A DNA stretch of 64,000 bases from Macrostomum hystrix (Eukaryota > Animalia > Platyhelminthes), in the NCBI GenBank assembly GCA_950097015.1, contig CATNEN010000026.1, forward strand, positions 620,001 through 684,000. Reading direction: 5' to 3'. The translations under genes were made by a program, and so were the position numbers. The notes beneath the pieces are model-generated. The model did not search any database. It saw only the letters and a list, made by a program, of their open reading frames with translations, and was not told where the DNA came from. This document shows positions 36,986 to 49,787 of this stretch, in pieces. The stretch's first letter is position 1. Each line of letters begins with the position of its first letter.

Positions 36986-39900
36986 ATGTTCGCCTCGGCC
37001 GCAGCCAACACTATCTACGGATCGCTCGGCAGCCTCTACCCGCCCGCTGACAGTAAGTCTGACACCTTTGCGAGGGCCTGTCCACTCATCTGTCCTACAG
37101 TCTGAACTGTCTGTCCTCACAGTCTGAACTGTCTGTCCTCACAGTCTGAACTGTCTGTCCTCACAGTCTGAACTGTCTGTCCTCACAGTCTGAACTGTCT
37201 GTCCTCACAGTCTGAACTGTCTGTCCTCACAGTCTGAACTGTCTGTCCTCACAGTCTGAACTGTCTGTCCTCATATTCTGAACTGTCTGTCCTCGCAGTC
37301 TGAACTGTCTGTCCTCACAGTCTGAACTGTCTGTCCTCACAGTCTGAACTGTCTGTCCTCACAGTCTGAACTGTCTGTCCTCGCAGTCTGAACTGTCTGT
37401 CCTCACAGTCTGAACTGTCTGTCCTCACAGTCTGAACTGTCTGTCCTCACAGTCTGAACTGTCTGTCCTCACAGTCTGAACTGTCTGTCCTCGCAGTCTG
37501 AACTGTCTGTCCTCACAGTCTGAACTGTCTGTCCTCACAGTCTGAACTGTCTGTCCTCACAGTCTGAACTGTCTGTCCTCGCAGTCTGAACTGTCTGTCC
37601 TCACAGTCTGAACTGTCTGTCCTCACAGTCTGAACTGTCTGTCCTCGCAGTCTGAACTGTCTGTCCTCACAGTCTGAACTGTCTGTCCTCACAGTCTGAA
37701 CTGTCTGTCCTCACAGTCTGAACTGTCTGTCCTCGCAGTCTGAACTGTCTGTCCTCACAGTCTGAACTGTCTGTCCTCACAGTCTGAACTGTCTGTCCTC
37801 ACAGTCTGAACTGTCTGTCCTCACAGTCTGAACTGTCTGTCCTCGCAGTCTGAACTGTCTGTCCTCACAGTCTGAACTGTCTGTCCTCACAGTCTGAACT
37901 GTCTGTCCTCACAGTCTGAACTGTCTGTCCTCGCAGTCTGAACTGTCTGTCCTCACAGTCTGAACTGTCTGTCCTCACAGTCTGAACTGTCTGTCCTCAC
38001 AGTCTGAACTGTCTGTCCTCACAGTCTGAACTGTCTGTCCTCACAGTCTGAACTGTCTGTCCTCACAGTCTGAACTGTCTGTCCTCGCAGTCTGAACTGT
38101 CTGTCCTCACAGTCTGAACTGTCTGTCCTCACAGTCTGAACTGTCTGTCCTCATGGTATGAACTGTCTGTCCTCACAGTCTGAACTGTCTGTCCTCATGG
38201 TCTGAACTGTCTGTCCTCACAGTCTGAACTGTCTGTCCTCACAGTCTGAACTGTCTGTCCTAACTATCTAAATTGTCTGTCCGTCTGTCTGTGAGTCTCT
38301 CCGGAAGAGAATATCATTGAGTGCGTTGGAAAACAGGTTTGAAAAATCGTGCACTTCTTTTTATTTAATTCGGTTGCCAATCGCTCGTTCATAATCCACC
38401 AATAAGCGATCTACAGAGGAATCTGAAATTCCAGAAATCCCGTCGGGAGAGGGCATTTCAATTATTTCCCCCCTCCACCACAGAATCCAAGTCGGGTCTT
38501 CCCACGGTCCATCCCTCCCACCCCTCCCACCAAACCCAGCTCCTTTGGTCCGCGAACCGACTATGGGAATCTGGGCATTCTCGGCGGGTGGCTTCGGGAA
38601 GAATGGGCGGGGGGGGGGCGGAAGACCGCTGATGGAGCCGATGACAGGCCCGACAGGACCAGAAGTCAATTTTCGTCTCTTTCACAAAGAGTTTGGCGGC
38701 AAGTTTCTAAGAAATGGGGCTACGGCGGCGCGGACAAAGCCTTCAAGCTTTGGCCAGAATTTATTTACCTTTGGCTGCGAAATCCCACTGGCTCAGGCGG
38801 CGGGATTCTTCAAACCCTCTAATGACGCCGCGGTCAATCCCTAGGGGGTCGTTTGGCTCTGAAGTGGGTGGTTATTCTCTCTCTCTTAGCTTTGTGGCTA
38901 CTAAACTGCCATAGGCACAGTGATCTCTGCAGATTTCTCTTTATATGCTCATTGTGCATATGATGGTCTTGTGTGCCTCATTCATTTTCCACTTTCACTT
39001 TCAATATCTAAGATCTAGAAATGACAGATTTGTCCAATCCCATAATCTATATCAAATCTTCAGGATCAATCTCACCCTAGGATCTCACATCCTTAAGATC
39101 AATCTCACACTAGAATCTCACATCCTCAGGATCAGTCTCACCCAGAATCTCACATCCTTAAGATCAATCTCACACTAGAATCTCACATCCTCAGGATCAA
39201 TCTCATCCTAGAATCTCGCATCTTTGGGATCAATCTCATCCATGTGACATCGCTGAGCCTTCTGCCCCCGCCCCGCAGTGAAGAACCTGAAGTCGCAGCC
39301 GTCGCAGCCGCCGGCCTCCTATCTGCAGTCGGCAGCCGCTGCGGCCGCCTATCATCACGGCCAGCAGGGCGCCGGAGCTGCCGCAGCTGCAGCCGCCGCC
39401 GCCGCCGCTGCCGCCGCTCACGTCGGCTACCCGGGAGCCCCGGCCTACCAGCAGCCGCATCACTCGGCCTACCCTGCAAGCCAGCAGGAGCTGTCTTATT
39501 ATGATCGCAACTCAATCTACGCCGCCTATTATCCACACTACCCAACACTGTACCAGCAGCAGCAGCAGCAGCAGCAGCATCAGCATCAGCAGCATCAGCA
39601 GCATCCGCAGCAGCAGCATCAGCAAGCGGCCGCCGCAGCAGCCGCGGCAGCTGCTGCGGCAGCTGCTCAAACCTACCAGCTGCTGGATCTGCCACCGGCT
39701 GTGTCCGAGCAATCGACCGCTTCAACGGCTGCTAGCGGCGGCATCGGCGGAGGCATCGGCTCGCCGAACGGCTCGGAGTCGCCCAGCTGCGATCTAAACG
39801 GAGACGGCAGCGATCACGAGGACAAGCCGCGCGTAGGCGGAAAATCATCCGGCAAAGGAGGCGGCGGAGGCGGCGGCAGCGGCGTCGGTGCGGTCGCCAC

Positions 39901-42900
39901 GGCTGCCAATCGAAAGGCGAATCCGTCTCCGGGTCTGGGATTCGAGCTTGAGCGGGTCTTCGTCTGGGATCTGGACGAGACCATCATCCTGTTCCACAGC
40001 CTGCTGGGAGGATCCTACGCCACGCGGTTCGGAAAGGTGTGTTCTCGGTCTGCCGAAATCTCACAGTCTCTCATCTGTACTCACACTGAAATCTCACAGT
40101 CTCTCATCTGTACTCACACTGAAATCTCACAGTCTCTCATCTGTACTCACACTGAAATCTCACAGTCTCTCATCTGTTCTCTCACTGAAATCTCACAGTC
40201 TCTCATCTGTACTCACACTAAGATCTCACAGTCTCTCATCTGTTCTCACACTGAAATCTCACAGTCTCTCATCTGTTCTCACACTGAAATCTCACAGTTT
40301 CTCATCTGTACTCACACTGAAATCTCACAGTCTCTCATCTGTACTCACACTGAAATCTCACAGTCTCTCATCTGTACTCACACTGAAATCTCACAGTTTC
40401 TCATCTGTACTCACACTTAAATCTCACAGTCTCTCATCTGTACTGACACTGAAATCTCACAGTCTCTCATCTGTACTCACACTGAAATCTCACAGTCTCT
40501 CATCTGTTCTCACACCGAAATCTCACAGTCTCTCATCTGTTCTCACACTGAAATCTCACAGTCTCTCATCTGTTCTCACACTGAAATCTCACAGTCTCTC
40601 ATCTGTTCTCACACTGAAATCTCACAGTCTCTCATCTGTACTCACACTGAAATCTCAGTCTCTCATCTGTTATCACACTGAAATCTCACAGTCTCTCATC
40701 TGTTCTCACACTGAAATCTCACAGTCTCTCATCTGTTCTCACACTGAAATCTCACAGTCTCTCATCTGTACTCACACTGAAATCTCACAGTCTCTCATCT
40801 GTTCTCACACTGAAATCTCACAGTCTCTCATCTGTTCTCACACTGAAATCTCACAGTTTCTCATCTGTTCTCTCACTGAAATCTCACAGTTCATATTAGC
40901 TAAATGTTTAACTTTAAGTTAGATTTCCCTACCGAAGAGCTGATTAAAATAAGCGAATGCGTCAGCCCCAAGCAAGTTTCGTGCATACGCATTAGTTGCA
41001 GCATTCTCACCAACACGCCCCTAAAACCCTGTCTAAACCCCTATGCGCCTAGGCCCTAGCTAAAGTGTCCGATTACATGCAAATTAATGACATTCCATTT
41101 CCCAAATCGATGCCTCACTATACCTATGCCGAGTCTCATACACTGCTAAGGAAGTAGTCCTTCACCCGAGTTCAACCAACTCATACCAACACACCAGTCC
41201 TTATTGCTAGACCTATAGGGACTAGACTAGGGGCCAGGCTTGGGCCAAGGCAGGTGCTGTCCTGGTGTCTTCTTACCACCGAACCTTTCAACCCAACCTC
41301 TGCGACCTCCCCAACCGAAAGTCGGCGAAATTCATTTAAAATCGTGTTTAGAAGCAGATATTATGTATGCTCTACTTTAAGAGGGCTTAGCACAGACACT
41401 TGCTTCTTGAAGAAGTTAGTCTATGGAAGCATTTAAAAAGCTATCGGAAATAAGTAACAAACATAAGAAAATATTATGGAAGCAATAACTTTAGAAAAAA
41501 AATTGCAAGTTAACAGTAGAACTACCAAGGGGTGATTTTTCCCACCCCCAGACAATTTTTTTGCTGCACCCGAACGGAACAATGCGAGCACACGAAACTC
41601 AAGAACACGGGCCAAATTTTTGTTGCGCATCTTCTGAAACAAGAAACAAGTCGCCAGCTCTTCAGACCGTCGAGATATTCAATGTTTCTGGCCGAAGGTC
41701 CGATTTTTCCCATAAGAGCTAGTGTATTTCATACACCCCTATACACGAATTTGCACTGCGCCTCAGTACGGCCTTTCCAGACCTTCAAACTTTATCAGCG
41801 TGCTTGCATCATCTCCGACTTCGGCGGTCACCGACCTTTATCTATATCTATCTCTCTTATCTATCTAGACCAGGGGTAGGCAAACTTATTTGCTGGCGGG
41901 CCAAAGAGAGAACCTAAAAGACGACAGCGGGCCGCATTGACTGTATAAATAAGAGATAGGGGAGAGATGAGACACGGGAGAGATGAGACACAGCAAAGAC
42001 AAGACACGGGAGAGATTAGACACGGGAGAGATTAGACACGGGAGAGATTAGACACGGGAGAGATTAGACACGGGAGAGATTAGACACGGGAGAGATTAGA
42101 CACGGGAGAGATTAGACACGGGAGAGGTTAGACACGGGAGAGGTTAGACACGGGAGAGATTAGACACGGGAGAGATTAGACACGGGAGAGATTAGACACG
42201 GGAGAGATTAGATACGAGAGCGATGAGACACGGGAGAGATGAAACAGGACACTGTAGATGTCAGAAGGGGCAACGGGCCGGATTTGGGAGCTTCGAGGGC
42301 CGCATCTGGCTCGCGGGCCGGAGTTTGCCGACCCCTGATCTAGACCTTCAAGAGCTACAACAGGTGGAACTAGGCCACTATGGACACCCTGACGCGAATT
42401 TCTCCAATTTCACTGTTCAAGCCTAACTATTAGGCGCAGCTCAACCACAGGACACCCTCGACTAGTCTGTCAACCAATCAGTCACCCCCAAAGCATTCAG
42501 GCGCTGGCAAAAAACATATTCAGGGGGGGAAATTCCCCCCCCCTTGGTATAAAAACGGGCGGCAAAATGGCTTGATAGTCCTACTGTTAATTGGATGGAA
42601 AATGAGAAGTAAATAAGATGAGAAGTAGATGGGATGATGGATCAGAAATATATGGGATTGGGATGAGAAGTAGATAGCTCACAGCGGACTGGTGTTCCAC
42701 AATGGCAGGATGGTCAAGCCTCATACAGTCTAGCCCTGCGCCTCGAGTCGCTGATCTTCCGCCTGGCCGACGCCCACCTGTTCTTCAACGATCTGGAGGA
42801 ATGCGACCAGGTGCACATCGATGACGTCAGCTCTGATGACAACGGCCAGGATCTGGTCGGCTACGACTTCGCCAACGACGGCTTCGTCGGCGGCACGGCC

Positions 42901-45900
42901 AACATGCAGCCGGGTATGGCAGGCGGTATGCGAGGCGGCGTAGAATGGATGCGGAAACTGGCCTATCGCTATCGCCGCATAAAGGACGTGTACAACGCCT
43001 ACAGGCACAATGTCGGAGGTGAGAAGGCTAGCGCTGATTTGAGTCCGGCTACATTTTGCTCTCCGTCTCTTCTACTCGCCGCCTGTCTTTCTCACCTGTC
43101 TCTCTCTCAACTGTCTCTCTCTATTAACTGTCTCTCTCTCACCCGTCTATCTCTCACCTGCCTCTCTCTCACCCGTCTATCTCTCACCACCTCTCTCTCA
43201 CCCGCCTCTCTCTCACCCGTCTATCTCTCACCCGTCTCTCTCTCATCTGTCTCTCTCTCACCTGTCTCTCTCTTAACTGTCTCTCTTTCACCCGTCTATC
43301 TCTCACCTGCCTCTCTCTCACCCGTCTATCTCTCACCACCTCTCTCTCACCCGCCTCTCTCTCACCCGTCTATCTCTCACCCGTCTCTCTCTCATCTGTC
43401 TCTCTCTCACCTGTCTCTCTCTCACCTGTCTCTCTCTCACCTGTCTCTCTCTCACCTGTCTCTCTCTCACCTGTCTCTCTCTCACCTGTCTCTCTCTCAC
43501 CTGTCTCTCTCTCACCTGTCTCTCTCTCACCTGTCTCTCTCTCACCTGTGTATCTCTCACCCGTCTATCTCTCACCCGTCTCTCCCTCACCCGTCTATCT
43601 CTCACCCGTCTCTCTCTCACCCGTCTATCTCTCACCCGTCTATCTCTCACCCGTCTATCTCTCACCCGTCTATCTACCCGTCTCTCCGTCTCCCTGACCC
43701 GTCTCTCTCACTCGTCTATATCTCACCCATCTTTCTCACCTGTTTCTCTCTCTCCTTTTTCTCTCACGCTTGTATTCATCACCCTCTCTCACCTGAATTT
43801 ACCATTTTCTCTCACCCGTCTATCGTTTATCCATTAATTTAAAAAAATCATGCACCACACCCCAATAGTCTTATTTAGGCATATTATTTCCTTAATTAAA
43901 CAAAAAAACATTGAAACTCGAGGAAAACTCGTTAATGAAAGATGCCATAAAATTTAGCTTTGCAACAAAAAGGCGAGCGTCAATAATGCATTCTTGAATT
44001 TATCCTTTTAATTTCTGTTTATAGACATTTTATCAGAGCCAGTGTAACAGCATCTGCGCAGGACCGCCTTTCTAGGGCGGGGCCTAATTTTTTATTCGAA
44101 TCGGAAAATCTAGAATCTTCAATCACGCAAAGCTTTTTATTTTTGCTTTAAGGAGGCTGGGACAAATGGGACTCACAGAGACAGTCTTCCCCCATCAATT
44201 TTCTGGCGTTAAATTTCATAATTTCAGCTCAAAAATTAACTCTGGTTTTCTTGGAGCGCATTTAGTCAACGGATATTTCTACGCATCCCTAGCTACAATA
44301 TTATGCAATCCTCCTAATCTTCTTTCTCTCACGCCTGTCTCTTTCACTCCTGTCTCTCACACCTGTCTCTCTTACTGCTGTCTCTCACACTTGTCTCTCA
44401 CACCTGTCTCTCTGACTGCTGTCTCTCACTCCTGTCTCTCTCACCTGTCTCTCTTACTGCTGTCTCTCACTCCTGTCTCTCTCACCTGTCTCTCTTACTG
44501 CTGTCTCTCACACTTGTCTCTCACACCTGTCTCTCTGACTGCTGTCTCTCTCACCTGTCTCTCACACCTGTCTATCACACCTGTCTCTCTCACCTGTCTC
44601 TCTCACCTGTCTCTCACACCTGTCTCTCTGACTGCTGTCTCTCTCACCTGTCTCTCACACCTGTCTATCACACCTGTCTCTCTCACCTGTCTCTCTCACC
44701 TGTCCCTCTCACCTGTCTCTCACACCTGTCTATCACACCTGTCTCTCTCACCTGTCTCTCTCACCTGTCTCACACACCTGTCTCTCACACCTGTCTCTCT
44801 CACCTGTCTGTCTCATCTGTCTCTCTCACACCTGTCTCTCTCACACCTGTCTCTCTCACTCCTGTCTCTCACACCTGTCTCTCACTCCTGTCTCTCACAC
44901 CTGTCTCTCACACCTGTCTCTCACTCCTGTCTCTCACACCTGTCTCTCACACCTGTCTCTCACACCTGTCTCTCACTCCTGTCTCTCACACCTGTCTCTC
45001 ACACCTGTCTCTCACACTCCTGTCTCTCACTCCTGTCTCTCACTCCTGTCTCTCTCACATGTCTCTTTCTCACCTGTCTCTCTCACCTGTCTCTCTCTCA
45101 CCTGTCTCTCTCACACCTGTCTCTCACTGCTGTTTCTTTTACCTGTCTATTTCTCTCTAGTAGATAGTTGCTAAACTAACAACCGACATTAAAAACGGAC
45201 TCACGTAATATTGAGTCGAAAAAGCGGATAAAATTCAGAGGCCACGGATGAATCCGTTCTTGGTCGCATGTCACCTATTTCTGTTCAGCAGCAGCAGCTG
45301 ATGAAAATCATGATTAGCTTGGCCCCCGCCCCCACGCTCGCTTAGCTTCTCTCATATTTCTCTGTTGGATCTGAAATTGTTTTTCTGAATTGCAGCTTTT
45401 TTGCCGTTAGGAATCGGAGCGCAGGTGTAGCAAAACTGGCAATGAAAGCCGCTGCGATTTTTTTTATTTCTGGGCAATTATTTTCTACGGAAATTTTTAA
45501 GAGACTTCAAAGGCTGGACGGCGACTTATTAACAGAATTTCTTCTGCTGCAATATTCGTTCTTTGTGTCCGGAAATTTCTTAGCCGTCGGTGGAGAAAAT
45601 ATATTGGTAGAGACAGAAAAGAAACAGAGATGGAACTAGGGAGATGGAACTAGGGAGATGGAACTAGGGAGATGGAGCTAGGGAGATGGAACTAGGGAGA
45701 TGGAACTAGGGAGATGGAACTAGGGAGATGGAACTAGGGAGATGGAACTAGGGAGATGGAACTAGGGAGATGGAACTAGGGAGATTGAACTAGGGAGATG
45801 GAACTAGGGAGATGGAACTAGGGAGATGGAACTAGGGAGATGGAACTATGGAGATGGAACTAGGGAGATGGAACTAGGGAGATGGAGCTAGGGAGATGGA

Positions 45901-46714
45901 ACTAGGGAGATGGAACTAGGGAGATGGAACTAGGGAGATGGAACTAGGGAGATGGAACTAGGGAGATGTAGCTAGGGAGATGGAACTAGGGAGATGGAAC
46001 TAGGGAGATGGAACTAGGGAGATGGAACTAGGGAGATGGAACTAGGGAGATTGAACTAGGGAGATGGAACTAGGGAGATGGAACTAGGGAGATGGAACTA
46101 GGGAGATGGAACTATGGAGATGGAACTAGGGAGATGGAGCTAGGGAGATGGAACTAGGGAGATGGAACTAGGGAGATGGGACTAGGGAGATGGAACTAGG
46201 GAGATGGAACTAGAGAGAGAAAAGAGAGAGAAACACAGAGAGGTAAGAGTCAAGTAACCAAGCGCAACAGCAAACCTTGACCCAAACCCACGCAGGCCTT
46301 CTGGACCCGGTAAAGCGAGACGAATGGGTTCAGGTGCGCCAGGAGACGGAGCAGTTCACAGACAGCTGGCTGACTCTGGCGCTCAAGTCGCTGAGCATCA
46401 TCTCAAGCCGTTCTGCCTGCGTCAATGTCCTCGTGACGAACACGCAGCTGGTGCCGGCTCTTGGCAAGATCCTCATCTTCGGCTTGGCTCCCGCCTTCAG
46501 CGTCGAGAACGTGTACTCGGCCACCAAGATTGGCAAGGAGTCCTGCTTCGAGCGCATCGCCAGCCGCTACGGCCGGAAGCCGACATACGTCGCCATCGGC
46601 GACAGTCACGACGAGGAAGCTGCGGCGAAGTCGCTCAACTGGCCTTTCTGGCGAGTCCAGAGTCACAGCGATCTGGCCGCACTGAGCTACGCGCTGGAGT
46701 TGGGCTACCTGTGA
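36986..46714 (+). CDS. eya: Eyes absent HAD-family phosphatase/coactivator, 517 aa; exons 36986-37052, 39279-40036, 42709-43018, 46296-46714
   Basis: [19 protein letters not shown] (HAD motif I), [71 protein letters not shown]. Phases 1,0,1 are consistent. An in-frame TGA lies just upstream of ATG 36986. N-terminus has polyA and polyQ tracts. Confidence 0.96.
37088..38270. repeat. 22-bp minisatellite (CTCACAGTCTGAACTGTCTGTC)
   Basis: About 53 copies in eya intron 1, starting about 35 bp after the donor. Confidence 0.97.
40053..40892. repeat. 33-bp minisatellite (GAAATCTCACAGTCTCTCATCTGTACTCACACT)
   Basis: About 25 copies in eya intron 2, starting about 16 bp after the donor. Confidence 0.97.
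41514..42586. mobile_element. Unclassified non-autonomous TIR element hosting the hAT MITE
   Basis: TTAA|CAGTAGAACTA ... TAGTCCTACTG|TTAA, with internal inverted CCAAGGGG/CCCCTTGG. Homologous to 1010-1374. Confidence 0.65.
41871..42337. mobile_element. hAT (Buster/Charlie-type) MITE
   Basis: TIRs CAGGGGTAGGCAAACT and AGTTTGCCGACCCCTG (15/16 match). 8-bp TSD ATCTAGAC at 41863-41870 and 42338-42345. Internal 16-bp tandem array. Confidence 0.93.
43075..43830. repeat. 15-bp pyrimidine-rich array (CTCACCTGTCTCTCT / CTCACCCGTCTATCT)
   Basis: 5' part of eya intron 3. Confidence 0.93.
44325..45150. repeat. 13-15-bp pyrimidine-rich array (CACCTGTCTCTCA core)
   Basis: eya intron 3. Confidence 0.92.
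45630..46215. repeat. 14-bp minisatellite (GGAACTAGGGAGAT)
   Basis: About 42 copies ending about 80 bp before the eya exon 4 acceptor. Confidence 0.96.
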
Positions 46715-46975
46715 GCTGAGCATGTGCTCAACTCAACTCAACTCTAGCCGTAAAATGTTTCCTATAAAGATAAAAAATTTAGATTTTAAGCCTTTTTAAG
46801 ATCAACCATCAAACTGAATAACCCGATAGAAAGTGACTAATTTCTATGAAATCAAGTCGGTTTGTCCCCTGTTAGCAACAGTTAAATGGACTGCAAGAAA
46901 TGACCATCTCTTTGCTTGTCTGTTAATAGTAGTCGTTTCGTCATAGGTGTCTGTCTGACTGTCTGTCTGTCTGAC

Positions 46976-47009
<34 letters not shown>

Positions 47010-47584
47010 GTCAGTTTTTTTCAGCAGCTTGTTATTTTTAAACCAAGTTAAATTTAATCTTTTTTGTTTTGCGAATTGTTATAAAAGTTTGTCCATCGTA
47101 TTACGAGCGTATAAAGCTGAGTTTTTTATGATATCGCATTTTATGAGCTGTGCGATACTACTGTCTGTTCTATTTCGATAGTAGTGAGTTCTAATATCAT
47201 AAAAATATTCTACTGGAATCTCTGCTTCATTCCAGAGCAATCAGAGACCCAATCGTCGATGTTGTTTTGTTGACAGTTTGTTAAAAAATGCTTAATAAAT
47301 TCTCTCCGCACCCATCTGATGTGAACCTTGGTCCAGTTGATGACGCGTGAGCGATGAGATACAATGAATTGATGTTTAAGCCCTTCAAAATTCAGTCATG
47401 CGTTTTGGTGTAAAAAGTGAATGAGTTTCTTGGCAGACGCTAAATATATATTAACCATTTTTTGAAGAGAAGTAAATCTTGTCCATAAATCTGTGTTGTA
47501 CACTAAGCCTAAAGGCACAAACCTTCTTGTATTTATTTTTAACTTTCAAGTAAGATCGTAGGATAATAAACTTACTGTGACAAG

Positions 47585-49258
47585 TAAACCCAATGGAAGA
47601 CCAATGGTTGAACACTCAGGACCCAATGGAAGACCAATGGTTGAACACTCAGGACCCAATGGAAGACCAATGGTTGAACACTCAAGACCCAATGGAAGAC
47701 CAATGGTTGAACACTCAAGACCCAATGAAAGACCAATGGTTGAACACTCAGGACCGAATGGAAGACCAATGGTTGAACACTCAGGACCCAATGGAAGACC
47801 AATGGTTGAACACTCAAGACCCAATCGAAGACCAATGGTTGAACACTCAAGACCCAATGAAAGACCAATGGTTGAACACTCAGGACCGAATGGAAGACCA
47901 ATGGTTGAACACTCAGGACCCAATGGAAGACCAATGGTTGAACACTCAGGACCCAATGGAAGACCAATGGTTGAACACTCAAGACCCAATGGAAGACCAA
48001 TGGTTGAACACTCAAGACCCAATGAAAGACCAATGGTTGAACACTCAGGACCGAATGGAAGACCAATGGTTGAACACTCAGGACCCAATGGAAGACCAAT
48101 GGTTGAACACTCAAGACCCAATCGAAGACCAATGGTTGAACACTCAAGACCCAATGAAAGACCAATGGTTGAACACTCAGGACCCAATGGAAGACCAATG
48201 GTTGAACACTCAGGACCCAATTGAGGACCGATAGTTGAACACTCAGGACCCAATCGAAGACCAATGGTTGAACACTCAGGACCCAATTGAGGACCGATAG
48301 TTGAACACTCAGGACCCAATCGAAGACCAATGGTTGAACACTCAGGACCCAATTGAGGACCGATAGTTGAACACTCAGGACCCAATCGAAGACCAATGGT
48401 TGAACACTCAGGACCCAATGGAAGACCAATGGTTGAACACTCAGGACCCAATGGAAGACCAATGGTTGAACACTCAGGACCCAATTGAGGACCGATAGTT
48501 GAACACTCAGGACCCAATGAAAGACCAATGGTTGAACACTCAGGACCCAATGGAAGACCAATGGTTGAACACTCAGGACCCAATGAAAGACCAATGGTTG
48601 AACACTCAGGACCCAATGGAAGACCAATGGTTGAACACTCAGGACCCAATTGAGGACCAATAGTTGAGCACTCAGCACACAACAGAGGACCAATAGTTGA
48701 GCACTCAGCACACAACAGAGGACCAATAGTTGAACACTCAGCACACAACAGAAGACCAATAGTTGAGCACTCAGCACACAACAGAGGACCAATAGTTGAG
48801 CACTCAGCACACAACAGAGGACCAATAGTTGAGCACTCAGCACACAACAGAAGACCAATAGTTGAGCACTCAGCACACAACAGAGGACCAATAGTTGAAC
48901 ACTCAGCACACAACAGAGGACCAATAGTTGAGCACTCAGCACACAACAGAGGACCAATGGTTGAACACTCAGCACACAACAGAGGACCAATAGTTGAGCA
49001 CTCAGCACACAACAGAGTACCAATAGTTGAACACTCAGCACACAACAGAGGACCAATAGTTGAGCACTCAGCACACAACAGAGGACCAATAGTTGAACAC
49101 TCAGCACACAACAGAGGACCAATAGTTGAGCACTCAGCACACAACAGAGTACCAATAGTTGAACACTCAGCACACAACAGAGGACCAATAGTTGAGCACT
49201 CAGCACACAACAGAGGACCAATAGTTGAACACTCAGCACACAACAGAGGACCAATAGT
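47585..49258. repeat. Composite 33-bp minisatellite with two subtypes
   Basis: Type A (GACCCAATGGAAGACCAATGGTTGAACACTCAG) runs to about 48655. Type B (CACACAACAGAGGACCAATAGTTGAGCACTCAG) follows. Confidence 0.96.
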
Positions 49259-49787
49259 ACGAGTTACATTTCCTATCCGCAAATATGCTAGCATTTGGCT
49301 AACTTCTTTCACATTAATTGCAGTACGAGTATTCAGCTCATCGTAACACGCGGTCAGAGCCTGCCAGTGTCTGTCAAGCATTTCAATTTCACTTGTCTTT
49401 TCTATTCTCTGTTCTGTCTTCATTCTGTCTCTTACGCGCCCCTGCCCAATCCGCGCTTACTATTCAAGCAGAGCTGTATCAGGTTTGAGCATAATGGAGC
49501 GATTTCAATTAATTCCTAGCAGTGAACCCCTCGGCTACCAAACCTGGCGAGTTTCTTGCCCTACTAAGGTGGGTGGGTACCGAGGGTTGAGGTTGGTGCC
49601 ATCTTTTTGATTAGCAGTCTCATATTCTCTCTGCATGCATTCTCTCTTCAGCATGGGCAGGGGGCTTTCCAATTATAATTGTCTCTTTTTTTAACTTGGC
49701 GCCTTAAGACGCAGAGAGCGAGAGTAAAGAGGCCAGCAAAAGCCATCGACTACGTCAACGATCAGTCGGAGCAACCTTAGTGCAATC

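Noticed and set aside
38361-38914. Short ORFs in a GC-rich part of eya intron 1
   Set aside because: No recognisable domain and no phase-compatible strong donor. More likely regulatory.
40037-40922. ORF extensions of eya exon 2 ([11 protein letters not shown] repeats) and of exon 3 (43019-43842)
   Set aside because: Read-through into intronic arrays past canonical donors. The spliced Eya domain is continuous without them.
47546-49423. 625-aa and 560-aa minus-strand ORFs with 11-aa repeats
   Set aside because: They are stop-free translations of the 33-bp minisatellite. Several frames on both strands are open at once, and there is no supporting gene context.
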